A stretch of 32,000 bases of DNA from an uncultured Chloroflexia bacterium (GCA_963718915.1 CAVRAI010000003.1:390001-422000), one strand, 5' to 3'; positions 1 through 8,913 are shown, counted from the first letter of the stretch. The notes: generated from the sequence alone by a model not told the origin. Program-made: numbers and translations.

Positions 1-498
1 ATCGGCATGTGGCCCGCCGTCATCGAGGCCTCGCGTATCGCGCATCTCGGCGCGCCAGTGCAGGCCATCCATGAGCGTGTCATCTCTTTGCTGGCTCGTA
101 CGCATGTATTCGTCATGGTCGAATCACTGGAGCCACTGCGACGCTCGGGACGTATCGGACGGGTGCAGGGGCTGGTTGGCGCGCTCATCGACGCCCACCC
201 CATTCTGACACTTGACCAGGGAGAGGCGCGTCTGGTCGAAACCGTTCGCTCGCGCAGGCGCGCCGTGCTCCGTCTGAGTGAGCTGGTGCGCGAGCGGGAG
301 CGCTCGGTCGGCGGCATCGAAACGCTGCTCATCTGCGGTACCAGCATCGAGTCGATTGCCGAGATGGAGACGCTGCTCGCCAGGAAATATGCTGGCATGA
401 TTCGGAAGACATGGCTCGGCCCAACCATTGGCGCCAACCTCGGCCCGGCCATCGCCGTCGCGCTCGTGGCCGGAGAGCCGCCACCATCCAGGCCCTGA
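1..498 (+). CDS. DegV family (fatty-acid-binding) protein, C-terminal part; 5' end lies outside the window
   Basis: The ORF 7..498 frame stays open to base 1. The translation shows the DegV C-terminal pattern (LEPLRRSGRIGRVQGLVGALIDAHPILTLDQGE ... GPTIGANLGPAIAVALV). Confidence 0.7.
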   Translation: MGMWPAVIEASRIAHLGAPVQAIHERVISLLARTHVFVMVESLEPLRRSGRIGRVQGLVGALIDAHPILTLDQGEARLVETVRSRRRAVLRLSELVRERERSVGGIETLLICGTSIESIAEMETLLARKYAGMIRKTWLGPTIGANLGPAIAVALVAGEPPPSRP

Positions 499-556
499 GA
501 AAAACGGCGGATTGTCCGGATCGGAGCTTTATGCCCCGCGTCACCGCCAGAACGGC

Positions 557-1396
557 TCAGCCAGTGGTGGTAGTATTCTCCAGCAGCCAGCGGAGGAAGC
601 CCGGCACGGCTTCGGCGCTGGGCAGCGTCATATCGGCCTCGGTGGCCAGATGCGTGGGCGCCTCGCTGTGGAGCACCGCCACCGCCACCCCCTGACAGAC
701 GCCATCCGCGGTCAGCCGCCGCAGCGTTCTGAAGGCGTCGATATCGGTCTGGTCGTCGCCCAGATACAACGCGCCACGCAGCCCGCGCGTCCGAATGAAG
801 CTCTCGATGGAGACGCCTTTATCGATTTCAAGCGGCGGACGCACTTCCACTACCATCTTGCCGCGTGTCACGCGCAGACCATCCGCGCTGGCGGCGTCGG
901 CGACCACCTTGTAGACCGCGTCTTCGGCTTCTTGCGGCTGTTCTACGCCGCGCAAATGAATCGTGGCGGTGACGCCCTTCCGCTCGATAATCAGTCCGGG
1001 AAATCGCACCATCAGCGGCGCCTGGATGTTGGCCAGCACATGATTGATAGCGCGTATCCACGGCTCGGCTTCGGGACGCACATGCACGGTCATGTCATCC
1101 TGGCTCAGGTGTTCGAGGCCGTGGTTGCCGATGTAGAGCAGGCCCGGCAGCCCGACCAGCGTGCGGGCGTCGATGGCGGTCCGGCCCGAGACGGCGGCGA
1201 CGAGATCGAAGGTGGAGAGCGCCTGCCGCAGCAGTTCGGCTACTCCTGGCAGGAGCACCGCCGCATCGGGGGTTGGCGCGATGACGCTCAGTGTACCGTC
1301 GATGTCGGAAAACAGACCCAGCGGGCGTAGCGCTAGCACCGCGCGCAGCCGGTCGCGGACGACATCCGAAGGGGAGAAGGCTTCCTCGATAGCCAT
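557..1396 (-). CDS. otsB: Trehalose-6-phosphate phosphatase (HAD-IIB)
   Basis: 279-aa ORF. HAD motif I is present (FSDIDGTLS), followed by AVSGR, the DKG motif (EIDKGVSIESF) and LGDDQTDIDAF, as in OtsB-type phosphatases. Confidence 0.75.
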   Translation of the reverse strand: MAIEEAFSPSDVVRDRLRAVLALRPLGLFSDIDGTLSVIAPTPDAAVLLPGVAELLRQALSTFDLVAAVSGRTAIDARTLVGLPGLLYIGNHGLEHLSQDDMTVHVRPEAEPWIRAINHVLANIQAPLMVRFPGLIIERKGVTATIHLRGVEQPQEAEDAVYKVVADAASADGLRVTRGKMVVEVRPPLEIDKGVSIESFIRTRGLRGALYLGDDQTDIDAFRTLRRLTADGVCQGVAVAVLHSEAPTHLATEADMTLPSAEAVPGFLRWLLENTTTTG

Positions 1397-1441
1397 GGGC
1401 GCCTCCGTGGGTATGCTGGCTCGAACTGGCGGCGCGTTACG

Positions 1442-2074
1442 CTATGCGCGCGTGCCGAAATCCTCAGTCCAGTAGGTATGGGACGTGACCTTACCCGGAT
1501 CGTTGGCGAGATAGACATAGCCCACGCCGATATCATGCAGCGCGCAGTTCAGAATGTTCTTGCGGTGCGCGTCGTTGGGCGGCGATTCGTTGAACCACAT
1601 ATCTACGACCTGTTCAGGCGATGTCTGGCCCCAGGCGATGTTTTCGGCGAAGAGCGAATAGGCGTAGCCCGCCGCCGTGATGCGGTCGCCGATGGGTGCG
1701 CCGCTGGAGCTATTATGGCCCACAAAATCGTGCGTCGCCATATCGGCGCTATGCGCCTGCGCCGTCCCCATGAGAATAGGGTTCTGCGCCAGCGCGTGGC
1801 AGCCGTGCGCCACTCGATAGCTATTCGTGCGGGCGATGACGCGCGTGGCGAAATTGCTCGCGAGGGCTGTCGTCGTAGTCGTGGCGCCTATGGTGGTTGC
1901 CGCGACGGCGCCACGAGAGCTGGTGGGCGTATTGCCACTAGAGAAAGCCGGACTCGTCCAGCGCGCCGCGCATGACGCCGCGACCCCAATCCAGCAGCCC
2001 CCGCCCACCAGCAGGAGCGCGCCGATCAGCAGGCCCGGCATCATTCGTCGCCTGGACATAGCTCTCTTTTCCAC
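1442..2074 (-). CDS. Secreted/membrane-anchored CAP (SCP/PR1-like) domain protein
   Basis: N-terminal hydrophobic helix (MMPGLLIGALLLVGGG), a Thr/Ala linker, then a CAP-domain pattern (YRVAHGC..L..N..L...AQAHSADMA...F.H....G...GDRI...GY......ENIAWG ... HRKNIL). The track start at 2074 is a GTG; the ATG at 2059 is an alternative start. Confidence 0.7.
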   Translation of the reverse strand: MEKRAMSRRRMMPGLLIGALLLVGGGCWIGVAASCAARWTSPAFSSGNTPTSSRGAVAATTIGATTTTTALASNFATRVIARTNSYRVAHGCHALAQNPILMGTAQAHSADMATHDFVGHNSSSGAPIGDRITAAGYAYSLFAENIAWGQTSPEQVVDMWFNESPPNDAHRKNILNCALHDIGVGYVYLANDPGKVTSHTYWTEDFGTRA

Positions 2075-2125
2075 TCTCGCTCGTCACTCCCCGCTTCCTG
2101 TCTTCTGGATAGGTAGCATAGCACG

Positions 2126-3343
2126 TTATACGCCACTGACATGGAAGAGAACGCCAAGCGCATAGGTGATGACCGCCTCGATGGCGCCGACCACCGTCAT
2201 TTCCGTGCCGCTGACCAGCCACGAGCGCCCCGTGATGATCGTCTTGGCCGCGCCGACGGCGAAGTGCGCCATCAGGCTGATGACCGCCGCCCAGATGACG
2301 GCGGCGATACCACCGAAAAAGAAGAACGGGATGATCGGGATAAACGCGCCGAGGCCAGTGGAGACCATTGCCGAGAGCGCCGAGACCAGCGGATTTGGGA
2401 ACGCCTGCTGGTTCAGGCCCAGTTCTTCGTGGGCAAGCGCGTTCAGGAACTGTTCCGGTTGTTTGCTCAGGCGGTCGGCCAGCGTCTCCGATTCTTCCTC
2501 ACTGAAGCCCTTGAGCTGGTAGAAGAGCGCCAGCTCCTCTTTCTCTTCCTCAGGGTTCTCCTCGATCTCACGGCGTTCGCGGTCAATCTCCGCCTGATAG
2601 ATTTCACGCTCGCTCTTGGTCGCCAGATATGCTCCCGATCCCATCGAGAGCGCGCTGGCCAGCATCCCCGCCAGCCCGGCAATCAGCACCGCCTGGTTGT
2701 TGCCAGCGGTCGCGCCCGCCACGCCGCTGACAATACCGAAGACAGCGCCCAGGCCGTCGTTCGCGCCATAGATCGCGTCGCCGATCCAGCCACCACCGCG
2801 CTTGTGCCAGTGCTCGCGCCGCAGCATGACATCGAGCAAATTCTGCGGGCCTTCTGGCGCGATCATATCGCGGATGACGCGCCCGTGCGCCTCCTCCTCG
2901 CGCCGCACCTCGCGCAACATCTGGGCGGCCTCGGCGTCGCTCACCGAGCGGGCGTGCGCCTCGTAGCGGGCGATATCCACGTCTTCCGCCGCCTCCATCC
3001 TCCGGAGCGCCGCGTCGGAGCCAATGCCACGATTGATCCAGCGTTGCAGCCGGTCGCGCCAGGTGAATGTCAACGGCGGTGGGGCGGCTCCCAGCTCGGT
3101 GAGCTTGCCTTCCCAGCGTGCGGCGTGGCGCTCCTCGGCCTGGGCCAGCCGTTCGAGGATGCCGCGCTTGGTGGCGTCGGACTCGCGCCCGGCCAGGTCA
3201 CGATACATGCGCGCGCCTTCCACCTCGCGCCGCCAGTTCTGTTGCAGCGCGGCGATCAGTTGGGCGTGTGCGCCATTGGCGTCGGTGATCGGCGTATCCG
3301 CGCTGGTTGTTGGGGATGGTGATTGCTCTTCTCTATCGCTCAT
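2126..3343 (-). CDS. mbfA: Erythrin (ferritin-like)-VIT1/CCC1 fusion iron transporter (MbfA-like)
   Basis: The N-terminal half has rubrerythrin/ferritin-like helices (EGARMYRDLA...AEERHAARW ... EEEAHGRVIRDM). The C-terminal half has the VIT1 signature (GANDGLGAVFGIVSGVAG) and several TM helices. Confidence 0.75.
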   Translation of the reverse strand: MSDREEQSPSPTTSADTPITDANGAHAQLIAALQQNWRREVEGARMYRDLAGRESDATKRGILERLAQAEERHAARWEGKLTELGAAPPPLTFTWRDRLQRWINRGIGSDAALRRMEAAEDVDIARYEAHARSVSDAEAAQMLREVRREEEAHGRVIRDMIAPEGPQNLLDVMLRREHWHKRGGGWIGDAIYGANDGLGAVFGIVSGVAGATAGNNQAVLIAGLAGMLASALSMGSGAYLATKSEREIYQAEIDRERREIEENPEEEKEELALFYQLKGFSEEESETLADRLSKQPEQFLNALAHEELGLNQQAFPNPLVSALSAMVSTGLGAFIPIIPFFFFGGIAAVIWAAVISLMAHFAVGAAKTIITGRSWLVSGTEMTVVGAIEAVITYALGVLFHVSGV

Positions 3344-3515
3344 GGGAGTCTCATTCTCTGCAAGGGCAGGCGTACCGGTCGTCTGGCGGCGCGCTATCAG
3401 AACACGACGCTGTCGCGCTGCGTTGTATTGGTTGATTATAGCGGAGATTGGCGAGACGCCGCTTTGCCAGTATCGCGTAGATGTGCCGGCCGTTCGGCGT
3501 GATTCTGGGCGGCAT

Positions 3516-3524
3516 GGCGCTCTA
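3516..3524. repeat. Left copy of the 9-bp direct repeat GGCGCTCTA flanking the low-GC methyltransferase island
   Basis: It is identical to the 9-mer at 5857-5865. It sits 29 bp outside the 3' end of the MTase ORF, where GC content changes. Confidence 0.5.
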
Positions 3525-3552
3525 AAGCAGGAGGTCCAAGTCTCTTGTGAGG

Positions 3553-5757
3553 TTAGTTTTCTGGGCTTTCCCCATACCTCTTAAGGTCATCCGTCGAAAG
3601 CGCATCGGATGGTACCAGAAGATAGTGCCTCTCAGCAACTATTTCCAACTGGTCGTCGTGCATCTCAAACGCTTTCAAGGCGATAACGTCATGCTGCATG
3701 AATTGCACTGCGATGGCGCGAGCGATGAGGTTGGGATAACGTTCTCTACACAAAGCGAGATCTTGTTCTATCTGTGAACGTCCCAGCCTGTCTCTACCGC
3801 CCTTTGCCTGGACAGGAAACACATAGTGTGTGCCGCGCTTGTCGACGCCAACATATATCTCATCGGTCTCTACCTGCCCAATATTTGGCACGGTGGTGCG
3901 TAGATGATTTTGCAGGGAGTAACAGGTCACCCCTGTGAACGTATCAACCAATCGGTTATACCGAACCTTTACTAATAATCCCTGTTCATCTGTCTGGGCA
4001 TACATTTTTACAATGCCAGGGGTAGCATCTGGGATTTTTATTTGGGCCATACCTCGGGTTGGCGCCAGGTCAACCGTATCAGTCAGGACGAAGCGATACT
4101 GTGAACGCCCAATGGAGCGGATAATCCACTCTTTACCTTCTGGTGCGGTAGGCAGAATGCGCTCAGGCAATGGTTGTCGGAAGCGAAAACTATAGGGAAT
4201 GTCGCCCAGGTTGAGCGGCGTAGTTATGCCAAGCTGCCTGGCGGCGCTGGCTAACTCTTCTCGCTTGAAATCCACTTCCAGGCCGCCTGGCTGATAGTGG
4301 GCGAAAAAGATGGTTTCCATGATCTGCTGGTAACGGTTAGCAGTGAGATGTACGTCATGAGAGTCGGTCATAATAGGATTCCCTTCAGGTAACATTTGAG
4401 AGCCAAGTGGAAGAAAAGCATACCGCCGAGCCAGCTCTTCGGCGTCGGGAGCAAAGCGGAAAAGCACTACCTCTTCATTTAACTGCGCCTTGGTTGCGGT
4501 AGCCAGGCGAGTGCGAAACAGGTCTGTTCCCAACCATTCATAACCTAGCATTGTGCCGATTTCACTGAGTAGTTGTCCTGTCCGTATCATGACCTGAAGG
4601 TAGGATGCTTGATCTCCTACCACATACGCCAGGTAAGCCCCTGGACGGAGAATGGCTCGAAGCTGGGAAAGGTGGCGCGCCATGCCTCCGAAATAATGGC
4701 GTGTCACGGCTGGATATAGGCGCTCGAACCCTGATGTCTTGCCACGCCGTACACGCTCGCTTTCAATGGCATCAGCGATACTTTGGATTTCTTGATGAGC
4801 AGCGACGTCCCAGTCATCGTCATCACCTTTGTAGACATTACGAGTATTGGAACGAAGCAAGTTCTGCTTGAGCGCCCGCAGGTCGGCCTTCGACTGTATG
4901 AAGCCGAGCAACACGGACTCCAATCGAGTCGTTCTCGTATAGTCTTTCTCATTTGGATAAGGAGGAGACGTGAAAACTACATCAACCGATGCAGATGGAA
5001 GCAGTGTCAACATCTGGCGGGAGTCGCCCTGAAAGACCCTGGATGGCGTATCAACATGGGCGCCCAGGCTGCGCAGGTCGCTTACCATGCCCTGGATATT
5101 CCCAAGCCATGGTGAAATAACCGCCGCATCTGGTCTGGGCTGTCCGACACCTACTTCTGGCCCGAAACGGAGATTACTGCTCGAAAACACAAGCGCCTTG
5201 GCAAAGGCCAATCTTTCATGCGCATAGTATCGCTCGTCTCGATGATGTTCCATGCACTCTAAGAGCACAAGCGCTTTATGGAGCGGTAGTGGGCTTATGG
5301 AGCCATCGAGGAGTAGTGCCATAAGCTCGTCTGGCAGCGTGCGAATTTCTGGATCACCGTCATATCTGCCCCCAAAAAGTGGGGCATCCTCTATGCCATC
5401 ATCCGCAAGCCTCCTGAGCGCATCAGATGCTATCAGATGTGCGTGTTCCATGAGTCCGTCAGGAGATGGCGACCAATCGACCTTGGTATGGCTGGCGAAA
5501 TAAGCTACAGGGTTCGCCTCAATACCAATGCTTGGAATGCCAAGCTTCTTACATTCAGCTAACACCGTTCCGGTACCGCAAAACGGATCGAGTACGCAGC
5601 GTGTACTGTCGATGTTCCAGCGTGTAAGATAGTCACGGACAAGGTGTGGAGGAAATGACAGGACAAAGCGATACCACTCGTGGATGCTTCGATCCTCGGG
5701 GTAAACTCTATTGATCTCGCTGTTCACATTGCGTTTGCGTGCTGTTGTGTAGCTCAT
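3553..5757 (-). CDS. DNA methyltransferase (N6A/N4C amino-MTase) fused to a C-terminal PD-(D/E)xK-like putative endonuclease domain
   Basis: 734-aa ORF in a markedly AT-richer segment. SAM motif I is VLDPFCGTGTVLAEC (about 5563-5590). Catalytic motif IV is VVFTSPPYPNE (SPPY at 4957-4968), about 210 aa after motif I, which is an alpha-like order. The C-terminal ~270 aa contain ETDEIYVGVD-x12-VQAKGG (about 3795-3875), which resembles a nuclease core. Confidence 0.8.
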   Translation of the reverse strand: MSYTTARKRNVNSEINRVYPEDRSIHEWYRFVLSFPPHLVRDYLTRWNIDSTRCVLDPFCGTGTVLAECKKLGIPSIGIEANPVAYFASHTKVDWSPSPDGLMEHAHLIASDALRRLADDGIEDAPLFGGRYDGDPEIRTLPDELMALLLDGSISPLPLHKALVLLECMEHHRDERYYAHERLAFAKALVFSSSNLRFGPEVGVGQPRPDAAVISPWLGNIQGMVSDLRSLGAHVDTPSRVFQGDSRQMLTLLPSASVDVVFTSPPYPNEKDYTRTTRLESVLLGFIQSKADLRALKQNLLRSNTRNVYKGDDDDWDVAAHQEIQSIADAIESERVRRGKTSGFERLYPAVTRHYFGGMARHLSQLRAILRPGAYLAYVVGDQASYLQVMIRTGQLLSEIGTMLGYEWLGTDLFRTRLATATKAQLNEEVVLFRFAPDAEELARRYAFLPLGSQMLPEGNPIMTDSHDVHLTANRYQQIMETIFFAHYQPGGLEVDFKREELASAARQLGITTPLNLGDIPYSFRFRQPLPERILPTAPEGKEWIIRSIGRSQYRFVLTDTVDLAPTRGMAQIKIPDATPGIVKMYAQTDEQGLLVKVRYNRLVDTFTGVTCYSLQNHLRTTVPNIGQVETDEIYVGVDKRGTHYVFPVQAKGGRDRLGRSQIEQDLALCRERYPNLIARAIAVQFMQHDVIALKAFEMHDDQLEIVAERHYLLVPSDALSTDDLKRYGESPEN

Positions 5758-5820
5758 CGAGAATGCGCCTTGATGACGATTAACCTCATGTGCATGGCAG
5801 TAGACGGCAACAGCAAACCC

Positions 5821-5856
5821 ATAATAGCAGTATAACAGCTTTTATGAAGGTATGAA
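5821..5856 (-). promoter_or_regulatory. Candidate sigma70-type promoters for the MTase gene
   Basis: Two overlapping candidates on the minus strand: TTCATA(5851-5856)-16 nt-TATACT(5829-5834) and TTCATA(5843-5848)-16 nt-TATTAT(5821-5826). They lie 65-100 nt upstream of the ATG at 5757. Confidence 0.3.
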
Positions 5857-5865
5857 GGCGCTCTA
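5857..5865. repeat. Right copy of the 9-bp direct repeat GGCGCTCTA
   Basis: It is identical to 3516-3524. Its last three bases (CTA) are the reverse complement of the TAG stop of the L,D-transpeptidase gene. Confidence 0.5.
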
Positions 5866-6645
5866 CGCGACGATGATGACCCGCGCGCCGATGCCCACCC
5901 AGCTATAGAGCGCAGCGGCGGCGGGCGTGGGCATGTTGACGCAGCCATGGCTGCCCGTCTCGCGCGTGCCGTCGGCGTCGGTGTGGGGATATTCGGTGCC
6001 GGGGCCGAAGGCGTGTCGCCAGGGCGCATCGTGGATGTAGTAGCCGATGTCGCGGAAGTACATCGCGTAGTTGATATGCTCAGGGGAGTAGTAGAAGGGC
6101 GACCCTGGCGGCCAGAGCGAGTAGAAGGTGACGTTCGTTTCCTTGCGCTGGACAGCATATGCGCCGCGCGGTGTCTGCAGTTGTGGCATACCCGTCGTCA
6201 CTGGGCTGGCGAGCATCAGACGTTGATCCTGGTAGGCCCAGAGCCACTGCTGCGAGAGGCTGACCAGAATCACCTGGCCGCCATAGTGCGGGACGCCTGC
6301 GCTGGGCTGAGGCACGGTGACCATGACGCTGGTGCAGTGGCAGTCAGGAGAGGTGGTCGCGGTGGGCGTCGCGGGCAGATGCACCAGAGGCTTGCCAGCG
6401 GACGGCTGTGAGTTATGCGCCGCGCCAAAGACAATACCCGCCACTGTGCCGCCGCCCAAACCAACGACCGCGACGCAGGCGGCCAGCGCCAGAAAAATCA
6501 GCGCGCGCAGCCCTCTTCCCCGCGTGCGCTGGCGTGTGATCTCGTCCACCGTCGAATCAGCCATTCCCTGCACTCCTCCATCACCACGATTCCGGCGCAC
6601 TCCGTCTTCGCCGATTGCCTCGCTCTCTATAGACGAATCAAACAC
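5863..6645 (-). CDS. L,D-transpeptidase (YkuD domain), membrane-anchored
   Basis: N-terminal TM helix (LRALIFLALAACVAVVGLGGG) and a C-terminal YkuD pattern ending in the catalytic motif SHGCVNMP. The start codon is uncertain because an internal Met is available. Confidence 0.75.
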   Translation of the reverse strand: MFDSSIESEAIGEDGVRRNRGDGGVQGMADSTVDEITRQRTRGRGLRALIFLALAACVAVVGLGGGTVAGIVFGAAHNSQPSAGKPLVHLPATPTATTSPDCHCTSVMVTVPQPSAGVPHYGGQVILVSLSQQWLWAYQDQRLMLASPVTTGMPQLQTPRGAYAVQRKETNVTFYSLWPPGSPFYYSPEHINYAMYFRDIGYYIHDAPWRHAFGPGTEYPHTDADGTRETGSHGCVNMPTPAAAALYSWVGIGARVIIVA

Positions 6646-6778
6646 TGAAAGTTAATTGCCAATCGCCAGAATTGTGCCACCATGCCTACGACTCACATGT
6701 CTCCGAATGCCGCATCAGCCGTTCAGCAGTGCGCTCTTTGCCCTACGCAATACGACGCTATTCAGGCGAGGGTATCTG

Positions 6779-6787
6779 TGTTAGAAT
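6779..6787 (+). promoter_or_regulatory. Extended -10 promoter element (TGtTAGAAT)
   Basis: TGTTAGAAT lies 76 nt upstream of the ATG at 6863. No convincing -35 was found. Confidence 0.3.
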
Positions 6788-6862
6788 GCTGCCCAGCTAT
6801 TGAGCCAGCCAGCCAGTGTCAACGATGTACATGTTCGTTTCATCATCCGGCCAGGGGACGCT

Positions 6863-7876
6863 ATGCATAGGGAAATCCGGCTGACACCCATCCTGTTGCT
6901 GGTGCTTGGCGTCACCACAGCGCTCGTGGTGGGGCTGATCCTGTTGCTCTGGACGCTCTTGCCGCCGAATTTGCAATCGGGTCTGCCGTTCGCCATCTCG
7001 ACGGTGGTGGTGGTCAATACCGCACTCTTGCGCGTGATCCCGGTGGTGGGGAAGCGCCTCATCGGTGATGATTCCGCCTCCGCCGCGCTTGCCAAAGCCC
7101 AGGCGCAAGCGCAGCCCCCGCATGTCTCGTATCAGTTGCGCCATGTCGTGGACGTCGCCGCGCCCGTCGCCGCACGCGCCTGCCATCGCTGTGGCCGAGT
7201 CGCACAGCACGGCGATGCGTTCTGCCGTCAGTGTGGCAATGCGCTCACTGCGCCGCCAACTCCCCCGCCCGCCGCCATGCCCCACCCAATCGCTCAACCG
7301 CTGGCTCAACCTGTCGCTCAACCTGTCGCTCAACCTGTCGCTCAACCTGTCGTCCAACCCGCCGTCCAACCCGCCGCCCAACCGCTGGCTCGCCCGCCTG
7401 CCTATTCCGCGCCGTTCGCCGCGGCGTATGCTGGGCCGATTACCTCGGTTGGTGGAACAGTAGCTGTCACGCCGACCGTCCATCGCTTCATGAGCAAACG
7501 CGCGCTCCGCTATCTGCTCTTCATCGGCATCGCCTGCAATATCGTCGCCGTCCTGCTCTACGCGCTCGTCTCGATTATTGTCGCCTCCTGCTCGCCAGAC
7601 GCCGATATTAACGCCTGCTCTTCCTCCCAGACGGGCGTTGTGACCATTCTCATCGTCCTGACGCTGATCGTCTGGGTGCCGGGCTTCGTCCTGGTCTTGC
7701 TGGCTGATGTCTTCGCGCTGATCCGCACCGCGCTGGTTCGTCGCTGGGGCTGGTTCACCGCGATTCTGCTGACATACCTCTTCTGCTGGAATGTAGCGAT
7801 GTTATTCTACGTCTTCATCGGGCCAGATGAGCCGCCCGGCCGCCCGGCCCCAGCCGCGGGCTATCCGCCACACTGA
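6863..7876 (+). CDS. Zinc-ribbon membrane protein with an (A-Q-P-V)n repeat linker
   Basis: Two N-terminal TM helices, a CxxC-x11-CxxC zinc ribbon (CHRCGRVAQHGDAFCRQCG), a tetrapeptide repeat linker, and a C-terminal 4-TM bundle. The track start at 6800 is a TTG. The ATG at 6863 is preferred because it follows AGGGGA and lies downstream of the putative -10. Confidence 0.6.
   Translation: MHREIRLTPILLLVLGVTTALVVGLILLLWTLLPPNLQSGLPFAISTVVVVNTALLRVIPVVGKRLIGDDSASAALAKAQAQAQPPHVSYQLRHVVDVAAPVAARACHRCGRVAQHGDAFCRQCGNALTAPPTPPPAAMPHPIAQPLAQPVAQPVAQPVAQPVVQPAVQPAAQPLARPPAYSAPFAAAYAGPITSVGGTVAVTPTVHRFMSKRALRYLLFIGIACNIVAVLLYALVSIIVASCSPDADINACSSSQTGVVTILIVLTLIVWVPGFVLVLLADVFALIRTALVRRWGWFTAILLTYLFCWNVAMLFYVFIGPDEPPGRPAPAAGYPPH
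7289..7396 (+). repeat. 12-bp in-frame tandem repeat, ~9 units (consensus GTCGCTCAACCT), encoding (xAQP)n
   Basis: Read directly: atcgctcaaccg ctggctcaacct gtcgctcaacct x3 gtcgtccaaccc gccgtccaaccc gccgcccaaccg ctggctcgcccg. Confidence 0.9.
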
Positions 7877-7926
7877 GGTGTTGGTGGATGTGGCTGGCGC
7901 ATCTCTGGCGCATCTCTGGCGCATCT

Positions 7927-8658
7927 TCAGTTCGGCAGCAGTGCGACGGGCTGTCCGACGCGCAGGATCCCCCGGCGTTGCGGGAGGCCATAGACGCCGA
8001 GCTGGCTATCGCGCGACCGCACCACTTCCGCCAAAATGCGTGGCTCCGCCATGGCCGTCTCGGGGTCAAGGGTAATCATCTTGCAGCGCTCATCAGGCTC
8101 CGTAACGATCATCCGCATCTCGTCTTCACCGAAGATGAGCGTCTGCCCAACCCAGCGCTGCTCCGGCGCTGGATCGCCTTCCGGCGTCTCGATGAAGATG
8201 GTTGGTCGGAAGCGCATTGGGTCGAGCGCCATGCCGAGTGTATTCCCCAGCGAGGTAATCGTGCTGGTGGTGATGACCGAGAGGGGCGCGGCGTCGTGGG
8301 TCGCGCGCCGTCCCAGTCGCAGCAGGTGAAACGGGTGGGGATAGCGCTGGGCGATGCTGGCGCGCAGTTCCTCGCTGCCAATGGGATAGGTCGCGCCCTC
8401 TGGCGTCGTGACCATGACGGGCGAGTAATAGGGTCGGCTGGGATCGGTGAGCGCGGGCGTATAGAGCAGCAGTTCGGGTAGCTCGCGCCCGGTGAGATAG
8501 GGAAATGTCGAGCGGTTCTCGCTCTGGACGAACGCATAGCCCCGGTCGCCGGGAATCCCCTGCCATTCGACGCTTGACTCGCCGAGCGCCTCGCCGCGCA
8601 TCGACTTGACTGGATAGCGATAGATCGCGCGCACGACGCCGACGACGCTGGATGTCAT
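7927..8658 (-). CDS. MOSC domain protein
   Basis: MOSC N-terminal beta-barrel signature (IYRYPVKSMRGE) followed by a MOSC-like C-terminal half (RFRPTIFIE ... RCKMITLDPET). The track start at 8709 is a GTG with no SD. The ATG at 8658 gives the canonical N-terminus. Confidence 0.75.
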   Translation of the reverse strand: MTSSVVGVVRAIYRYPVKSMRGEALGESSVEWQGIPGDRGYAFVQSENRSTFPYLTGRELPELLLYTPALTDPSRPYYSPVMVTTPEGATYPIGSEELRASIAQRYPHPFHLLRLGRRATHDAAPLSVITTSTITSLGNTLGMALDPMRFRPTIFIETPEGDPAPEQRWVGQTLIFGEDEMRMIVTEPDERCKMITLDPETAMAEPRILAEVVRSRDSQLGVYGLPQRRGILRVGQPVALLPN

Positions 8659-8777
8659 CTCAGCCACAAACCCCTCCCCCGATGAGTGCGAAATCAGACC
8701 ACGCTTCACAGGCGCGCCAGAGCATTATACAGCGCCCTTGACGGCGACCGCCGCCCGTGGGAAAATTGCGGAGCGCT

Positions 8778-8810
8778 ATTCGCCGTAGCGTTGACGCTAC
8801 GGTTCGCCTC
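8778..8810. repeat. REP-like palindromic intergenic repeat, family B, copy 1
   Basis: The sequence ATTCGCCGTAGCGTTGACGCTACGGTTCGCCTC contains an 8-bp stem (CCGTAGCG/CGCTACGG) with a 4-nt loop. A near-identical copy lies at 20857-20893. Confidence 0.7.
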
Positions 8811-8913
8811 GCCCGCCACGACGCGCGGTGCTCGGAGGAAAAAGTGAAAGGTCATCGCGCTACGGCGAGCGCTCGCCCTTGTTAAACGCTATCCGCAAAG
8901 ATCGGTACACCTC

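Noticed and set aside
2141-3322. Long antisense ORFs mirroring real genes. Examples: 428..1330+, 2141..3322+, 7888..8481+, 9187..10290-, 12543..13382-, 14204..15469+, 16224..17048-, 17633..18202-, 24725..26230-, 29573..30265-, 30473..31243-.
   Set aside because: These are typical stop-codon-poor shadow ORFs of a high-GC genome. Their translations are Arg/Pro/Gly-rich with no domain pattern and no SD, and the opposite strand carries a clearly recognisable protein in each case.
6800-6862. Upstream alternative starts given by the ORF track. Examples: TTG 6800, GTG 8709, 16047, 17540, TTG 24443, GTG 24656, 26822, 19583.
   Set aside because: In each case a downstream ATG with a purine-rich SD gives the canonical family N-terminus, or the upstream segment lacks coding-type GC3 bias. 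The coordinates were trimmed accordingly and remain uncertain.
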